A stretch of 40,398 nt of DNA from a bacterium (lineage in GTDB: Bacteria > Patescibacteriota > Minisyncoccia > Phycocordibacterales > Phycocordibacteraceae). How positions within the stretch are numbered: position 1 is the first letter of the stretch; each line of letters opens with the position of its first letter. Under the pieces are notes generated by a model. The model was not told the DNA's origin. It made no database searches and was given only the letters and a program-made list of their open reading frames with translations. The stretch covers positions 1-40,398 of the forward strand of contig DAICZA010000003.1 of the NCBI GenBank assembly GCA_027311385.1. The letters run 5' to 3'. Positions 16,335-24,866 of this stretch are shown here, one piece after another. Made by a program: the position numbers and the translations under genes.

Positions 16335-16993
16335 AGTTTGTCCCCCTCGTTTCCTCCCGTTGATACAGAAACACGATTTTTCCCCGCTCCTTTTGCATCA
16401 AGCGCGGCGAGGTCTGCTAAATGTACCAAGGCCACCGGGTCGGTTGACCGGCGCGATGAACTGACGCCGATGCTCGCACCGATATTGAATTGGCGGAGTA
16501 TCGGGTTGCTCCCTATACTTTCTAGGATCTTATTCCCCATCGCCTCCGCGTCTTTCTCATTTATGCGCGGAAGAAGAATATAAAATTCATCTCCGCCGAA
16601 ACGCGAGACGACATCGGTATCGCGTACCGAGTGGGTGAGAACTTTTGCGACTGTCTTTAGCGCCTCATCTCCGACAAGGTGTCCGAAGGAATCGTTCACT
16701 TCCTTAAAATTATCCAGGTCTATAAACAGTACGCAGACTTCTTGAATCCGCTCGCCGGCTGCACGATGATGCTCCGGCACTTCTCCCCGAATGAATTCAA
16801 GCGCTCGTTTGAGTTCGCGGTCAAAGACTGCTCGCGTGTTTAATTGCGTGAGAGGGTCCGTCCCTCCTTCCGCCTCTCGTACTTCGTCGTTCCATTCATG
16901 GAGACCAATTACAAGGTCTTGCTCCTGATTTTGCTTCAGCAATTCATTCTCCAGACCCTTCCCGCCGTGTCGTTCTGCTTTCCCGAATTCCAT
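16331..16993 (-). CDS. GGDEF-domain diguanylate cyclase with short N-terminal region
   Basis: FIDLDNFKEVNDSFGHLVGDEALK, and RDTDVVSRFGGDEFYILL (an RxxD I-site five residues before GGDEF). ATG 16993 was chosen because the longer ORF would overlap lemA. Confidence 0.85.
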   Translation of the reverse strand: MEFGKAERHGGKGLENELLKQNQEQDLVIGLHEWNDEVREAEGGTDPLTQLNTRAVFDRELKRALEFIRGEVPEHHRAAGERIQEVCVLFIDLDNFKEVNDSFGHLVGDEALKTVAKVLTHSVRDTDVVSRFGGDEFYILLPRINEKDAEAMGNKILESIGSNPILRQFNIGASIGVSSSRRSTDPVALVHLADLAALDAKGAGKNRVSVSTGGNEGDKL

Positions 16994-17000
16994 GGAGGTA

Positions 17001-17570
17001 CTAGAACTGCACCGAGACCGGCTCGGCTGCGGCGGCATCCGCGGCTGCCAATTCAAAGAGATCCATCGCCTTGAAACCGAAACTGCCCGCAATGACATTC
17101 CCCGGGAACGACTGGAGCGCCGTATTGAGCGCCATCACCGTCGTGTTGTAGAAGCGGCGGGACGCCTGAATCTTGTCCTCGGTGTCGCCGAGCTCCTGCT
17201 GGAGCTGGAGGAAGTTCTGGTTCGCTTTCAGGTCCGGGTACGCCTCGGAGACGGCGAAGAGCGTCTTCAGCGCTCCGGTGAGCTGATTCTCGGCCTGCGC
17301 CTGCGCGGCGGGCGTGGCACTCGCGCCGGCACCCATCGCGGCGGCGCGCGCCTTGGACACGTTTTCAAACGCGGTGGATTCGTGTGCGGCGTACCCCTTC
17401 ACCGTCTCCACGAGGTTCGGAATGAGGTCGTAGCGGCGCTTGAGCTGGACTTGGATGTCGGCCCACGCCTCCTTCGCCCGGTTTACGAGCGTAATGAAGC
17501 GGTTATACGCGAGAATGGCCCACAGCACGACGACGGCGAGGACGATGAGCACAATGGTGGTAGTAGTCAT
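17001..17570 (-). CDS. lemA: LemA family protein
   Basis: One TM helix, then AYNRFITLVNRAKEAWADIQVQLKRRYDLIPNLVETVKGYAAHE, typical of LemA. TATACT (17578-17583) is 7 nt upstream of ATG 17570. Confidence 0.85.
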   Translation of the reverse strand: MTTTTIVLIVLAVVVLWAILAYNRFITLVNRAKEAWADIQVQLKRRYDLIPNLVETVKGYAAHESTAFENVSKARAAAMGAGASATPAAQAQAENQLTGALKTLFAVSEAYPDLKANQNFLQLQQELGDTEDKIQASRRFYNTTVMALNTALQSFPGNVIAGSFGFKAMDLFELAAADAAAAEPVSVQF

Positions 17571-17627
17571 ACCCCCCAGTATATCATCGTGCCGTATACT
17601 CGCCACGGTACGACACGCGGCGTCGGA

Positions 17628-18050
17628 TTAGTGGATACGGGTGAAAAAATAGACGCCCATCGGCACGCACCACGTGAGCCAGTCAAGAATGCCTTTGCGC
17701 CAGAGCTGGCGGTACGTCTTCCGTTGCAGGTAGAACTCCTGAAAGGTGATGAAGCCGATGGCGATGGCGAGAAATACGTAAATAGCGTTCGGACTGCCGA
17801 ACAGACGTTGCGAGAGATACGCCGCAGTACTGAGGAACAGGATGGAGCCGGCGAGATGGAAGACTTGCCGATAGGCGTCAAGCTTGAATCCGTAGTGGCC
17901 GGCGCCGTACTGCCGTTGAATCCGGGCGAGCGTTGCGTTGTACGAGCGGACGCCGCGCACCCACTGCCCCGCTACCTGCGTTTTGAACGGATAGACGTGG
18001 TCCGGCAGTACCACGAGCGCGTGATATAAACCGGAATGTTTCTCCCGCAT
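17628..18050 (-). CDS. Hypothetical membrane protein
   Basis: 140-aa ORF with 3 hydrophobic helices in the C-terminal half. TACACT (18057-18062) is 6 nt upstream of the ATG. Confidence 0.55.
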   Translation of the reverse strand: MREKHSGLYHALVVLPDHVYPFKTQVAGQWVRGVRSYNATLARIQRQYGAGHYGFKLDAYRQVFHLAGSILFLSTAAYLSQRLFGSPNAIYVFLAIAIGFITFQEFYLQRKTYRQLWRKGILDWLTWCVPMGVYFFTRIH

Positions 18051-18054
18051 ATCC

Positions 18055-19227
18055 CTAGTGTACCGCGCGCGCGACCGCTTTTACCACGCGCGGGTCAAGC
18101 ATATCGGGGATAATCTTCGCCGCGGTCGGCCGCGCGACGAGCGCCGCGAGCGCGCGGGCGGTGCGGAGTTTCGTCGCTTCCGTGATTTTCTTCACCTCTT
18201 TGTCCAGGGCGCCGCGGAAGATGCCCGGGAACACGAGCGAGTTGTTAATCTGGTTCGGGAAATCGGAACGGCCGGTTGCGATAACCGCGGCGCCCGCCCG
18301 CAATGCTTCGCCTGGAAGGATTTCCGGCTCGGGATTCGCCATCGCGAAGACGATGCTCTTCGGCGCCATGCTCTTGATATGTTCCGCTGTGAGCACCCCC
18401 TTCCCCGAGAGACCGATGAACGCGTCAGCGCCAACCATCGCCTCCGCAAGCCCGCCCGCTACCCTGCGCGGGTTGGTGAGCGCGGCGAGCTCGGCCTTAG
18501 ACTCATTCAGCCCCGGGCGGGCGGCATAGATGGTGCCGGTGCGGTCCAATAGGACAATGTCCCGCACGCCCGCCGCAATGAGCAGTTTCGCGGTCGCGGC
18601 GCCGGCTGCGCCGGCGCCGCTCACAACGACTTTCAATTTCTTCATATCTTTCTTCACCACCTTCGCCGCATTCATAAGCCCGGCGAGGACGACGATGGCC
18701 GTGCCGTGCTGGTCGTCGTGCATCACGGGGATGTCCAGCTCCTCAATAAGCCGTTTTTCAATGGCAAAACATTTCGGCGAAGCGATGTCTTCCAAATTGA
18801 TGCCGCCGAACGCCGGCGCGATGGCTTTCACCGTGCGGACGATCTCGTCCGGATCCTGCGTATCAAGCACGATAGGCCACGCGTCCACGCCTGCCATTTC
18901 CTTGAAAATAAGCGCCTTCCCTTCCATCACCGGCAGGGCGCCGTAGGGACCGATGTTCCCGAGACCGAGCACGGCCGAACCGTCGGAGATGACGGCGACG
19001 CTGTTCTTCTTGACGGACATTTTCCGCGCGTCCTCCGGGTGCTTCGCGAGGTGAAGCGAGGCGACGCCCACGCCCGGCGTGTACCAGAGCGAGAAATCTT
19101 TTTTGCTTTTGAGCTTGGCGCGTCCTTTCGTCTCCACTCGCGCGCCCTGACTCTTAAACGCCGCCAGTATTTTTTTAGATTTTGTGTCCACCCCGTTAGA
19201 AACCCGCTTTGGAGAGTTGTTTGTCAT
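18055..19227 (-). CDS. NAD(P)-dependent malic enzyme (short form)
   Basis: FSLWYTPGVGVASL, AVISDGSAVLGLGNIGPYGALPVMEGKALIFK, and Rossmann motif VVSGAGAAGAATAKLL. Alternative GTG start at 19191. The first 12 codons are encoded by palindromic element copy 2. Confidence 0.9.
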   Translation of the reverse strand: MTNNSPKRVSNGVDTKSKKILAAFKSQGARVETKGRAKLKSKKDFSLWYTPGVGVASLHLAKHPEDARKMSVKKNSVAVISDGSAVLGLGNIGPYGALPVMEGKALIFKEMAGVDAWPIVLDTQDPDEIVRTVKAIAPAFGGINLEDIASPKCFAIEKRLIEELDIPVMHDDQHGTAIVVLAGLMNAAKVVKKDMKKLKVVVSGAGAAGAATAKLLIAAGVRDIVLLDRTGTIYAARPGLNESKAELAALTNPRRVAGGLAEAMVGADAFIGLSGKGVLTAEHIKSMAPKSIVFAMANPEPEILPGEALRAGAAVIATGRSDFPNQINNSLVFPGIFRGALDKEVKKITEATKLRTARALAALVARPTAAKIIPDMLDPRVVKAVARAVH

Positions 19228-19269
19228 AAATATGTTACTAACATTTAGTGGGTGAGTTTCTAACGGGGT
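19190..19269. repeat. Palindromic element, copy 2 (terminal inverted repeats ACCCCGTTAGAAAC)
   Basis: ACCCCGTTAGAAAC (19190-19203) pairs with GTTTCTAACGGGGT (19256-19269). It spans the start of the malic-enzyme gene in the divergent intergenic region with recG. The internal palindrome is ATGTTAcTAACAT. Confidence 0.8.
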
Positions 19270-19296
19270 CCATAGAAATGCCAGTATACTCTACCT

Positions 19297-21552
19297 GTGA
19301 ATCCGGACGACCTTGTTGATAAGCATTTCCCGCGGCTCCGACCGGAGCAGAAGCGCGCGCTCCATAAGCTCGGCATACGCACCGTCCGCGACCTGCTGTA
19401 CCACGTCCCCGCCCGCTATGAGTCAAGCGGAGACGTGGGCACCATTGCGGGCGTTGCCGCCGGCGCCGACGTAACGCTCTACGGCACGGTGCGCAAGCCG
19501 GATATCAGGAAGACATGGAAAAGCCGCCGCCCCATCGCCGAAGCGTGGCTGGAGGACGCCTCGGGAAAGATTAAGATGATGTGGTTTTCCCAGCCGTACA
19601 TAGCAAAGTCGCTTCATGACGGGATGGTAGTGAAAGTGAGCGGACGCGTGGCGGGTACGACGCGCCCCGACGGGGTCCCTTCGGGGAAGGTGTATCTCGC
19701 GAATCCTGAAATAGAGAAGACTGCCATCGAGCCTGGAGATATTCACAACTCGCTCTTCGCCCGCCCTCAGGATTTAAATGTTAAACATTTAAATCCCGAC
19801 TCTCTTTTTGTAAAAGGCGTTGCGGCAGACAAGACGCTGTACCCGGTGTATCCCGAGAGTCAGGGGATTTCGTCGCTCTGGCTGATGCACGCGGTGCGGA
19901 AAGTATTTGAGACGAATGTGCACGAGCAGATTCCCGACCCGATTCCGGGAGACATCCTCGCGCGCTATAACCTGCCGTCGCTCTCTGCCGCACTCGTATT
20001 CATCCACGCACCCCAGAAGCAGTCGGATGCGGACGCGGCGCGCAAGCGCTTCGCCTTTGAGGAAGTCTTCGCGCTCCAGATTGTGATGCAGCAGCGCAGG
20101 AATGCGCTCCTGCGCGAAGAAGCGCTCCCCGTCTCGGTAGACCGCGCGGCGCTCGCCGATTTCGTTGCGTCATTTCCCTTCCCTGCAACCAATGCGCAAA
20201 CACGCGCGATTGATGCGATTGTGAGCGACTTTGAAAAGACACACCCGATGCTCCGCCTGCTTGAGGGCGATGTGGGGAGCGGCAAGACCGCGGTCGCCGC
20301 GGCGACCGCGTATCTCGTCGCGACCTCGCTCCCCCCGAAGGGGCCCCTTAGGGGCGAGCGGCGCATCGCGGGGACGCTCCAGGTCGCGTATCTCTGCCCC
20401 ACCGAAATCCTCGCGAAACAGCATTTCTCCACGTTCGTCTCCTACTTCCGCGACCACCCCATCCCCATCGGCCTCATCACCGGAAGCGAATGCCGCGTAT
20501 TCCCGTCAAAAGTCCGGTACGAAGAATCCGCGAAACTCTCCAAAGCGACCTTTCGCAAGCGCGTCGCGGACGGGCTCATCCCCATCGTTATCGGCACGCA
20601 CGCGCTTATTGAAAAATCGCTCTCGTTTAAATATTTCGCCTACGCCATCATTGACGAGCAGCACCGCTTCGGCACGATGCACCGCCAGAAGCTCGCGACC
20701 AAAGGCGCCATTGCGCCGCATCTCTTGTCTATGACGGCAACGCCCATCCCGCGCACGCTCGCGCTCACCCTCTACGGCGACCTGGACCTCACGCTTCTTG
20801 ACGAGATGCCCGCCGGAAGAAAAGTCGTACTGACGGAAGTACTGGGACCCAAGGAGCGCGAGCGCGCGTACGAGCGCGTGCGTGCGGAACTCGCGGCCGG
20901 GCACCAGGCGTACGTCATCTGCCCGCGCATTGACGAGCCCGACCCGGCGAAGGAGCTCGCGCTCCAGGCGAAGTCGGTCAAAGCCGAGGCGGCGCGGCTC
21001 AAAACATCGGTCTTCCCCGGCGCAACCATAGATATCCTGCACAGCAAGATGACGCCATCGGAAAAGGAAGACGTGATGAGCCGTTTTGAAAATGGCGGTA
21101 TCAATATCCTCGTCGCCACCTCGGTGGTGGAGGTGGGCGTGAACGTGCCAAACGCAACCGTCATCCTCATTGAGGGCGCGGAACGCTTCGGGCTCGCTCA
21201 GCTCCATCAACTGCGCGGTCGCGTCATCCGCTCCACGCATCAGTCGTACTGTTTCGCGCTCCCGGAATCATTCGGCGAAACGACCCGCGAGCGTATGAAG
21301 GCATTTGTGAACGCGAAGAACGGTTTTGAACTCGCCGAATACGACCTCGCGCTCCGGGGCGCCGGCGAGCTCGCGGGCGGGCGGCAATGGGGCGTCTCGG
21401 ACATCGCGATGGAAGCGCTGAAAAACATCAAACTCGTGGAGGCCGCGCGAACGGAGGCGGCGAACCTCGTCGCAGCTGACCCCGATTTACACCGGCACCC
21501 TGCCCTCTTACGGCGCGCCCGCACCGCCGACACGGAGATGCATTTGGAATAA
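19297..21552 (+). CDS. recG: ATP-dependent DNA helicase RecG
   Basis: GDVGSGKT, DEQHRFG, TATPIPRTL and QLHQLRGRVIR, with an N-terminal wedge/OB region. GTG start at 19297, with TATACT (19285-19290) 6 nt upstream. Confidence 0.9.
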   Translation: MNPDDLVDKHFPRLRPEQKRALHKLGIRTVRDLLYHVPARYESSGDVGTIAGVAAGADVTLYGTVRKPDIRKTWKSRRPIAEAWLEDASGKIKMMWFSQPYIAKSLHDGMVVKVSGRVAGTTRPDGVPSGKVYLANPEIEKTAIEPGDIHNSLFARPQDLNVKHLNPDSLFVKGVAADKTLYPVYPESQGISSLWLMHAVRKVFETNVHEQIPDPIPGDILARYNLPSLSAALVFIHAPQKQSDADAARKRFAFEEVFALQIVMQQRRNALLREEALPVSVDRAALADFVASFPFPATNAQTRAIDAIVSDFEKTHPMLRLLEGDVGSGKTAVAAATAYLVATSLPPKGPLRGERRIAGTLQVAYLCPTEILAKQHFSTFVSYFRDHPIPIGLITGSECRVFPSKVRYEESAKLSKATFRKRVADGLIPIVIGTHALIEKSLSFKYFAYAIIDEQHRFGTMHRQKLATKGAIAPHLLSMTATPIPRTLALTLYGDLDLTLLDEMPAGRKVVLTEVLGPKERERAYERVRAELAAGHQAYVICPRIDEPDPAKELALQAKSVKAEAARLKTSVFPGATIDILHSKMTPSEKEDVMSRFENGGINILVATSVVEVGVNVPNATVILIEGAERFGLAQLHQLRGRVIRSTHQSYCFALPESFGETTRERMKAFVNAKNGFELAEYDLALRGAGELAGGRQWGVSDIAMEALKNIKLVEAARTEAANLVAADPDLHRHPALLRRARTADTEMHLE
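20333..20354. repeat. GC palindrome CCCCGAAGGGGCCCCTTAGGGG (family copy 2, inside recG)
   Basis: 21 of 22 nt match 15393-15414. It is translated in frame as PPKGPLRG within recG, just after the Walker A helix. Confidence 0.8.
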
Positions 21553-22077
21553 TCAGGGGGCGCATTGGGGAAGAGAAAAAGGGACGGTAACGACATAGTC
21601 GTCACTCGTACCCCAGACGCCGTCCGGGCCGACCGTCCTGAAAGTGTCTGCACGACAGGGCTGCGCCGGTATCTCTCCCTCATTCTCATCAAAAGTAAAC
21701 GGACTTCCCCACGGGTCCCGCATGAGCGTCGTCAGATTGGCAACATAGCCGTTGGTAGCCGCTTGTATCTTGGTCACGCCATTCAACCACGACGCATAGC
21801 AGGCGTTTGAGGTCGGCACGTTCCGTAAATCGACTCCTACACACACCCCGCAATATGAACAGCCACTACCGGTTATCTGCTCAAGCGTCTTGTGTGACTC
21901 TCCCTGCGCAAGAATCACGTCTTTCACGACCTGGCTCAACTCAGCTTCCGCAACGGCGTATTGCGCCTTAGTCCGCGCCGCCGATAGGGCGGCGAGCACA
22001 ACGGAAGAGAGGATACCGATAATTGCGATAACAACGAGTAGTTCAATGAGGGTGAAGCCGGCTGTGGAAGCTCTCAT
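21553..22077 (-). CDS. Type IV pilin-like / pseudopilin protein
   Basis: Prepilin-type N-terminus MRASTAGFTLIELLVVIAIIGILSSV. Confidence 0.8.
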   Translation of the reverse strand: MRASTAGFTLIELLVVIAIIGILSSVVLAALSAARTKAQYAVAEAELSQVVKDVILAQGESHKTLEQITGSGCSYCGVCVGVDLRNVPTSNACYASWLNGVTKIQAATNGYVANLTTLMRDPWGSPFTFDENEGEIPAQPCRADTFRTVGPDGVWGTSDDYVVTVPFSLPQCAP

Positions 22078-22081
22078 ACGG

Positions 22082-22360
22082 CTAGCGGACCGGCGGCAGC
22101 TCGTTCTGGAACAATTCCGGGTGCGCGGCTTTCATCGCGTCATAGTTCCCGTACGAGCCTGCCGTAAAAGGATTATGCGCAAGTATCACTGCCGCCGCGA
22201 GTATGCAGAGAACTGAGAAGCCGAGCAGGACATACCTCGCACTGCGTTCGTCTTTTGCGATTTTCCAGGCAACCAAGCGGCCGGTAAGTCCGCGCGGAGT
22301 TCCCTCCCGACGCGGGGGCGACCAATTGGAGTCTTCGTTGAAGACTACCTCGTCAGTCAT
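22082..22360 (-). CDS. Small hypothetical membrane protein
   Basis: 92-aa ORF with one central TM helix, 4 nt upstream of the pilin gene. TACTAT (22370-22375) is 9 nt upstream of the ATG. Confidence 0.5.
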   Translation of the reverse strand: MTDEVVFNEDSNWSPPRREGTPRGLTGRLVAWKIAKDERSARYVLLGFSVLCILAAAVILAHNPFTAGSYGNYDAMKAAHPELFQNELPPVR

Positions 22361-22418
22361 ATGACTAAAATAGTAGCATGAGTTCCCGCGTCAAGACCGC
22401 CCACAAAGAGTTGCCGTC

Positions 22419-22461
22419 TGGTGCGCCCTCTTGGACTCGAACCAGGAACCGCCGAGGTATA
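22419..22461 (-). pseudogene. 3' half of a disrupted tRNA (Ile-UAU-like), CCA encoded
   Basis: The minus strand reads TATAC-CTCGG-CGGTT-CCTGG-TTCGAGT-CCAAG-AGGGCGC-A-CCA. 29 nt are identical to the intact tRNA-Ile. Its acceptor strand is complementary to the 5' half at 22638-22644. The T stem has a C:A mismatch. Confidence 0.75.
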
Positions 22462-22504
22462 TGTAGGCATGCGACCATCGACCTCGTTCGGAATAACACT
22501 GGGC

Positions 22505-22581
22505 TGGTGGGCGTGCCTGGACTCGAACCAGGAACCGCCGAGGTATAAGCTCGGTGCTCTAACCAATTGAGCTACACGCCC
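22505..22581 (-). tRNA. tRNA-Ile (anticodon UAU), CCA encoded
   Basis: GGGCGTG-TA-GCTC-AATTGGTTA-GAGC-A-CCGAG-CTTATAC-CTCGG-CGGTT-CCTGG-TTCGAGT-CCAGG-CACGCCC-A-CCA. All stems are Watson-Crick. Confidence 0.9.
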
Positions 22582-22608
22582 AGTTTATTTCTCTCTCGTC
22601 CTCGCCCG

Positions 22609-22644
22609 TAAGCTCGGTGCTCTAACCAATTGAGCTAAGGGCGC
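22609..22644 (-). pseudogene. 5' half of the same disrupted tRNA
   Basis: The minus strand reads GCGCCCT-TA-GCTC-AATTGGTTA-GAGC-A-CCGAG-CTTA, then diverges. 29 nt are identical to the intact tRNA-Ile. Confidence 0.75.
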
Positions 22645-22652
22645 GCTCTTTT

Positions 22653-22658
22653 ATAGTA
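22653..22658 (-). promoter_or_regulatory. -10 box (TACTAT) upstream of the tRNA cluster
   Basis: TACTAT on the minus strand, 8 nt before the 5' end of the disrupted tRNA 5' half. No comparable box is seen directly upstream of the nested intact tRNA. Confidence 0.5.
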
Positions 22659-22672
22659 CAACAACCGGAAGT

Positions 22673-24625
22673 TTACGCGATATGACCCGAGCCCGATGGC
22701 GCAATAACGACGCCCCCTTCCTCTTCTTCTTTCTTTTTCGGCACAATGCCGTTGAGTATCAAAATCTTTTCAAATTCCGCGCGCTCAATGGTCTCCTTCT
22801 CAATGAGTTCTTTCGCGATAGCGTCCAGCGCGGTGCGATGCTCCTCTATAACTTTCGTCGCGCGCGCTTTCGCCTCGTCTATGATGTGCGAGACTTCGGC
22901 GTCTATCTCCGCTGCAACGCGCTCGGAGTACGGCTCGTTCCCAAGCGCACGCTCGCCAAACGCGATGGGGCCGAGCTTCTTGCTCATTCCGTAACGCGAG
23001 ACCATATCGCGCGCAAGCGCGGTGATAACCGCAAGGTCGTTACTGGGGCCGGTCGTCACGTCGTCAAACAACATTTCTTCGGCGACGTAGCCGCCCAAAG
23101 TCGCGGCGATGTCGTCCAGGAACTGCTTGCGTGACTGCATTTTCTTGTCTTCAAACGGCAACTTGAGCGTGTACCCCGCCGCGCGGCCGCGGCTGATGAT
23201 GGAAATCTTGTGTACCGGGTCGGCGTTCGGGAGGATGGAGGAGACGAGCGCGTGGCCGGCCTCGTGGTACGCGGTCAGTTCTTTTTCTTTCTTGGAGAGC
23301 AGGTGCGACTTGCGCTCGGGGCCGAGCATCACTTTCTCAATGGAACGGATGAGGTCGTACTGGGTTATTTCTTTGCGCGAGTCGCGGGCGGCGAGGATGG
23401 CGCCCTCGTTCATCAGCGAGTAGAGCTCGGCTCCCGAGAAGCCCGGCGTGCGCTCGGCGATAACGGCAAGTGCCACGTCCGGACCCAAGGGCTTTTTGCG
23501 CGCGTGTATCTTGAGGATGTCCTCGCGGTCGCGGCGGTCCGGCAGGTCAATCGTCACGCGCCGGTCAAAGCGCCCGGGGCGAAGCAGTGCGGGGTCCAGC
23601 ACGTCCGGCCGGTTCGTCGCCGCCATCACCACCACTTTCTCGGTCGGCTCAAAACCGTCCATTTCCACGAGAATCTGATTGAGCGTCTGTTCGCGCTCGT
23701 CGTTGCCGCCGCCAACCCCGGTGCCGCGCACGCGCCCGACCGCGTCAATCTCGTCTACGAAAATGATGGCGGGCGCGGCCTTCTTCGCGAGCTGGAAGAG
23801 GTCGCGCACGCGGGAGGCGCCCACGCCGACGAACATCTCCACGAACTCGCTCCCCGAGATGGAGAAGAACGGCACGCCCGCCTCGCCCGCGACCGCGCGC
23901 GCAAGCAGGGTCTTGCCGGTGCCGGGCGCGCCCATGAGGATGATGCCCTTCGGAATGCGCGCGCCGATGTCCAGGAATTTCTTCGGACTCTTGAGGAAGT
24001 CCACAATCTCCAGCAATTCTTCCTTTGCTTCGCGCGCGCCGGCGATGTCGGCGAAGGTCACGCGCTGGGAGACGTCAGCCGGGTCGGTAACGCGCGCCTT
24101 GGACTGGCCAAACGTAAACGCCTGCATCCCCGCCCCTTTTACCTGCCGCGTGAGAAACCAGAAGAGGAAGCCGAGGAATAAGAGCGTGAGCACGGTCGGT
24201 GCGAGCGTGAGGAACCAGAACTGGAATCCCGACTGTCCTTGCACCGTGATGGCGACCTTGGCGAGTTCGGCGGGCGTCACGCCGTAGGTCGCGAGCGTCT
24301 CGGGGAGACCGGCGGACGGGTCCTTGCGCGAGGTCTTCGTCGTTTGGTCAAAGTAGGTGAGAGAAAGCTGGTCGCCGTTGACCGTAATCGCGCTCACCTT
24401 CCCGGCGGCGACATCTGCGGCGACAGTGGAGAGCGGGATGTCCGTGCTCGGCTGTGTCATACCTGCAATGAGCGAATAAGCGCTCATGAGGAGCAAGAAG
24501 ATGAGGATGGTGGTGACGAGGTTGCCGAAGAACGACGGGCCGCCGAGGAGCCCGCGCCAGCCGCGGCGTACAGGAGGCTTCGCGGGCTTCTTCCCTCGCG
24601 GCTTCTTCGGTGAGACGGGTGCCAT
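22673..24625 (-). CDS. ftsH: ATP-dependent zinc metalloprotease FtsH
   Basis: [32 protein letters not shown] and HEAGHAL. ATG 24625 (MAPVSPKK...) has TATACT (24634-24639) 8 nt upstream. The 86-codon upstream extension in the track runs through terminators. Confidence 0.95.
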   Translation of the reverse strand: MAPVSPKKPRGKKPAKPPVRRGWRGLLGGPSFFGNLVTTILIFLLLMSAYSLIAGMTQPSTDIPLSTVAADVAAGKVSAITVNGDQLSLTYFDQTTKTSRKDPSAGLPETLATYGVTPAELAKVAITVQGQSGFQFWFLTLAPTVLTLLFLGFLFWFLTRQVKGAGMQAFTFGQSKARVTDPADVSQRVTFADIAGAREAKEELLEIVDFLKSPKKFLDIGARIPKGIILMGAPGTGKTLLARAVAGEAGVPFFSISGSEFVEMFVGVGASRVRDLFQLAKKAAPAIIFVDEIDAVGRVRGTGVGGGNDEREQTLNQILVEMDGFEPTEKVVVMAATNRPDVLDPALLRPGRFDRRVTIDLPDRRDREDILKIHARKKPLGPDVALAVIAERTPGFSGAELYSLMNEGAILAARDSRKEITQYDLIRSIEKVMLGPERKSHLLSKKEKELTAYHEAGHALVSSILPNADPVHKISIISRGRAAGYTLKLPFEDKKMQSRKQFLDDIAATLGGYVAEEMLFDDVTTGPSNDLAVITALARDMVSRYGMSKKLGPIAFGERALGNEPYSERVAAEIDAEVSHIIDEAKARATKVIEEHRTALDAIAKELIEKETIERAEFEKILILNGIVPKKKEEEEGGVVIAPSGSGHIA

Positions 24626-24671
24626 ATCGGGACAGTATACAGAAAAACGCTTTATTTTCCTACTCGCGGCA

Positions 24672-24699
24672 CGCAAAAACCGCCCGGGGGCGGTTCGCA
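24672..24699 (-). terminator. Hairpin with T-tract upstream of the ftsH promoter
   Basis: On the minus strand, AACCGCCC-cc-GGGCGGTT is followed by TTTT. Confidence 0.55.
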
Positions 24700-24866
24700 A
24701 TGTGTGGAGGCGCGGAGGTTGGTCACGAGTCGCTAAATAAAATGCTCCGGGCACTCGCATTTTATCAAGCGCTCGCGACCCCGGCTCGGTCGTTTTGCGA
24801 ATACGCAAAACATACCTCCGCCTTCCAATCCCCCAGAAGCAAAGCAGTTTGCTTCTTTCGCCCCAC

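Noticed and set aside
21550-21555. recG and the pilin gene converge with zero intergenic nucleotides and no terminator.
   Set aside because: This is real in the sequence, but compact genomes often show abutting convergent stops. I could not attach any further signal to it.
22357-22566. 69-aa minus-strand ORF.
   Set aside because: It is composed of tRNA and tRNA-fragment sequence.
22462-22608. Group I or archaeal-type intron interpretation of the sequence interrupting the split tRNA.
   Set aside because: At 147 nt it is shorter than known group I introns, and 77 nt of it are a complete tRNA. I see no P7/P3-like pairing and no bulge-helix-bulge motif at the junctions. It is kept as an alternative only in the finding.
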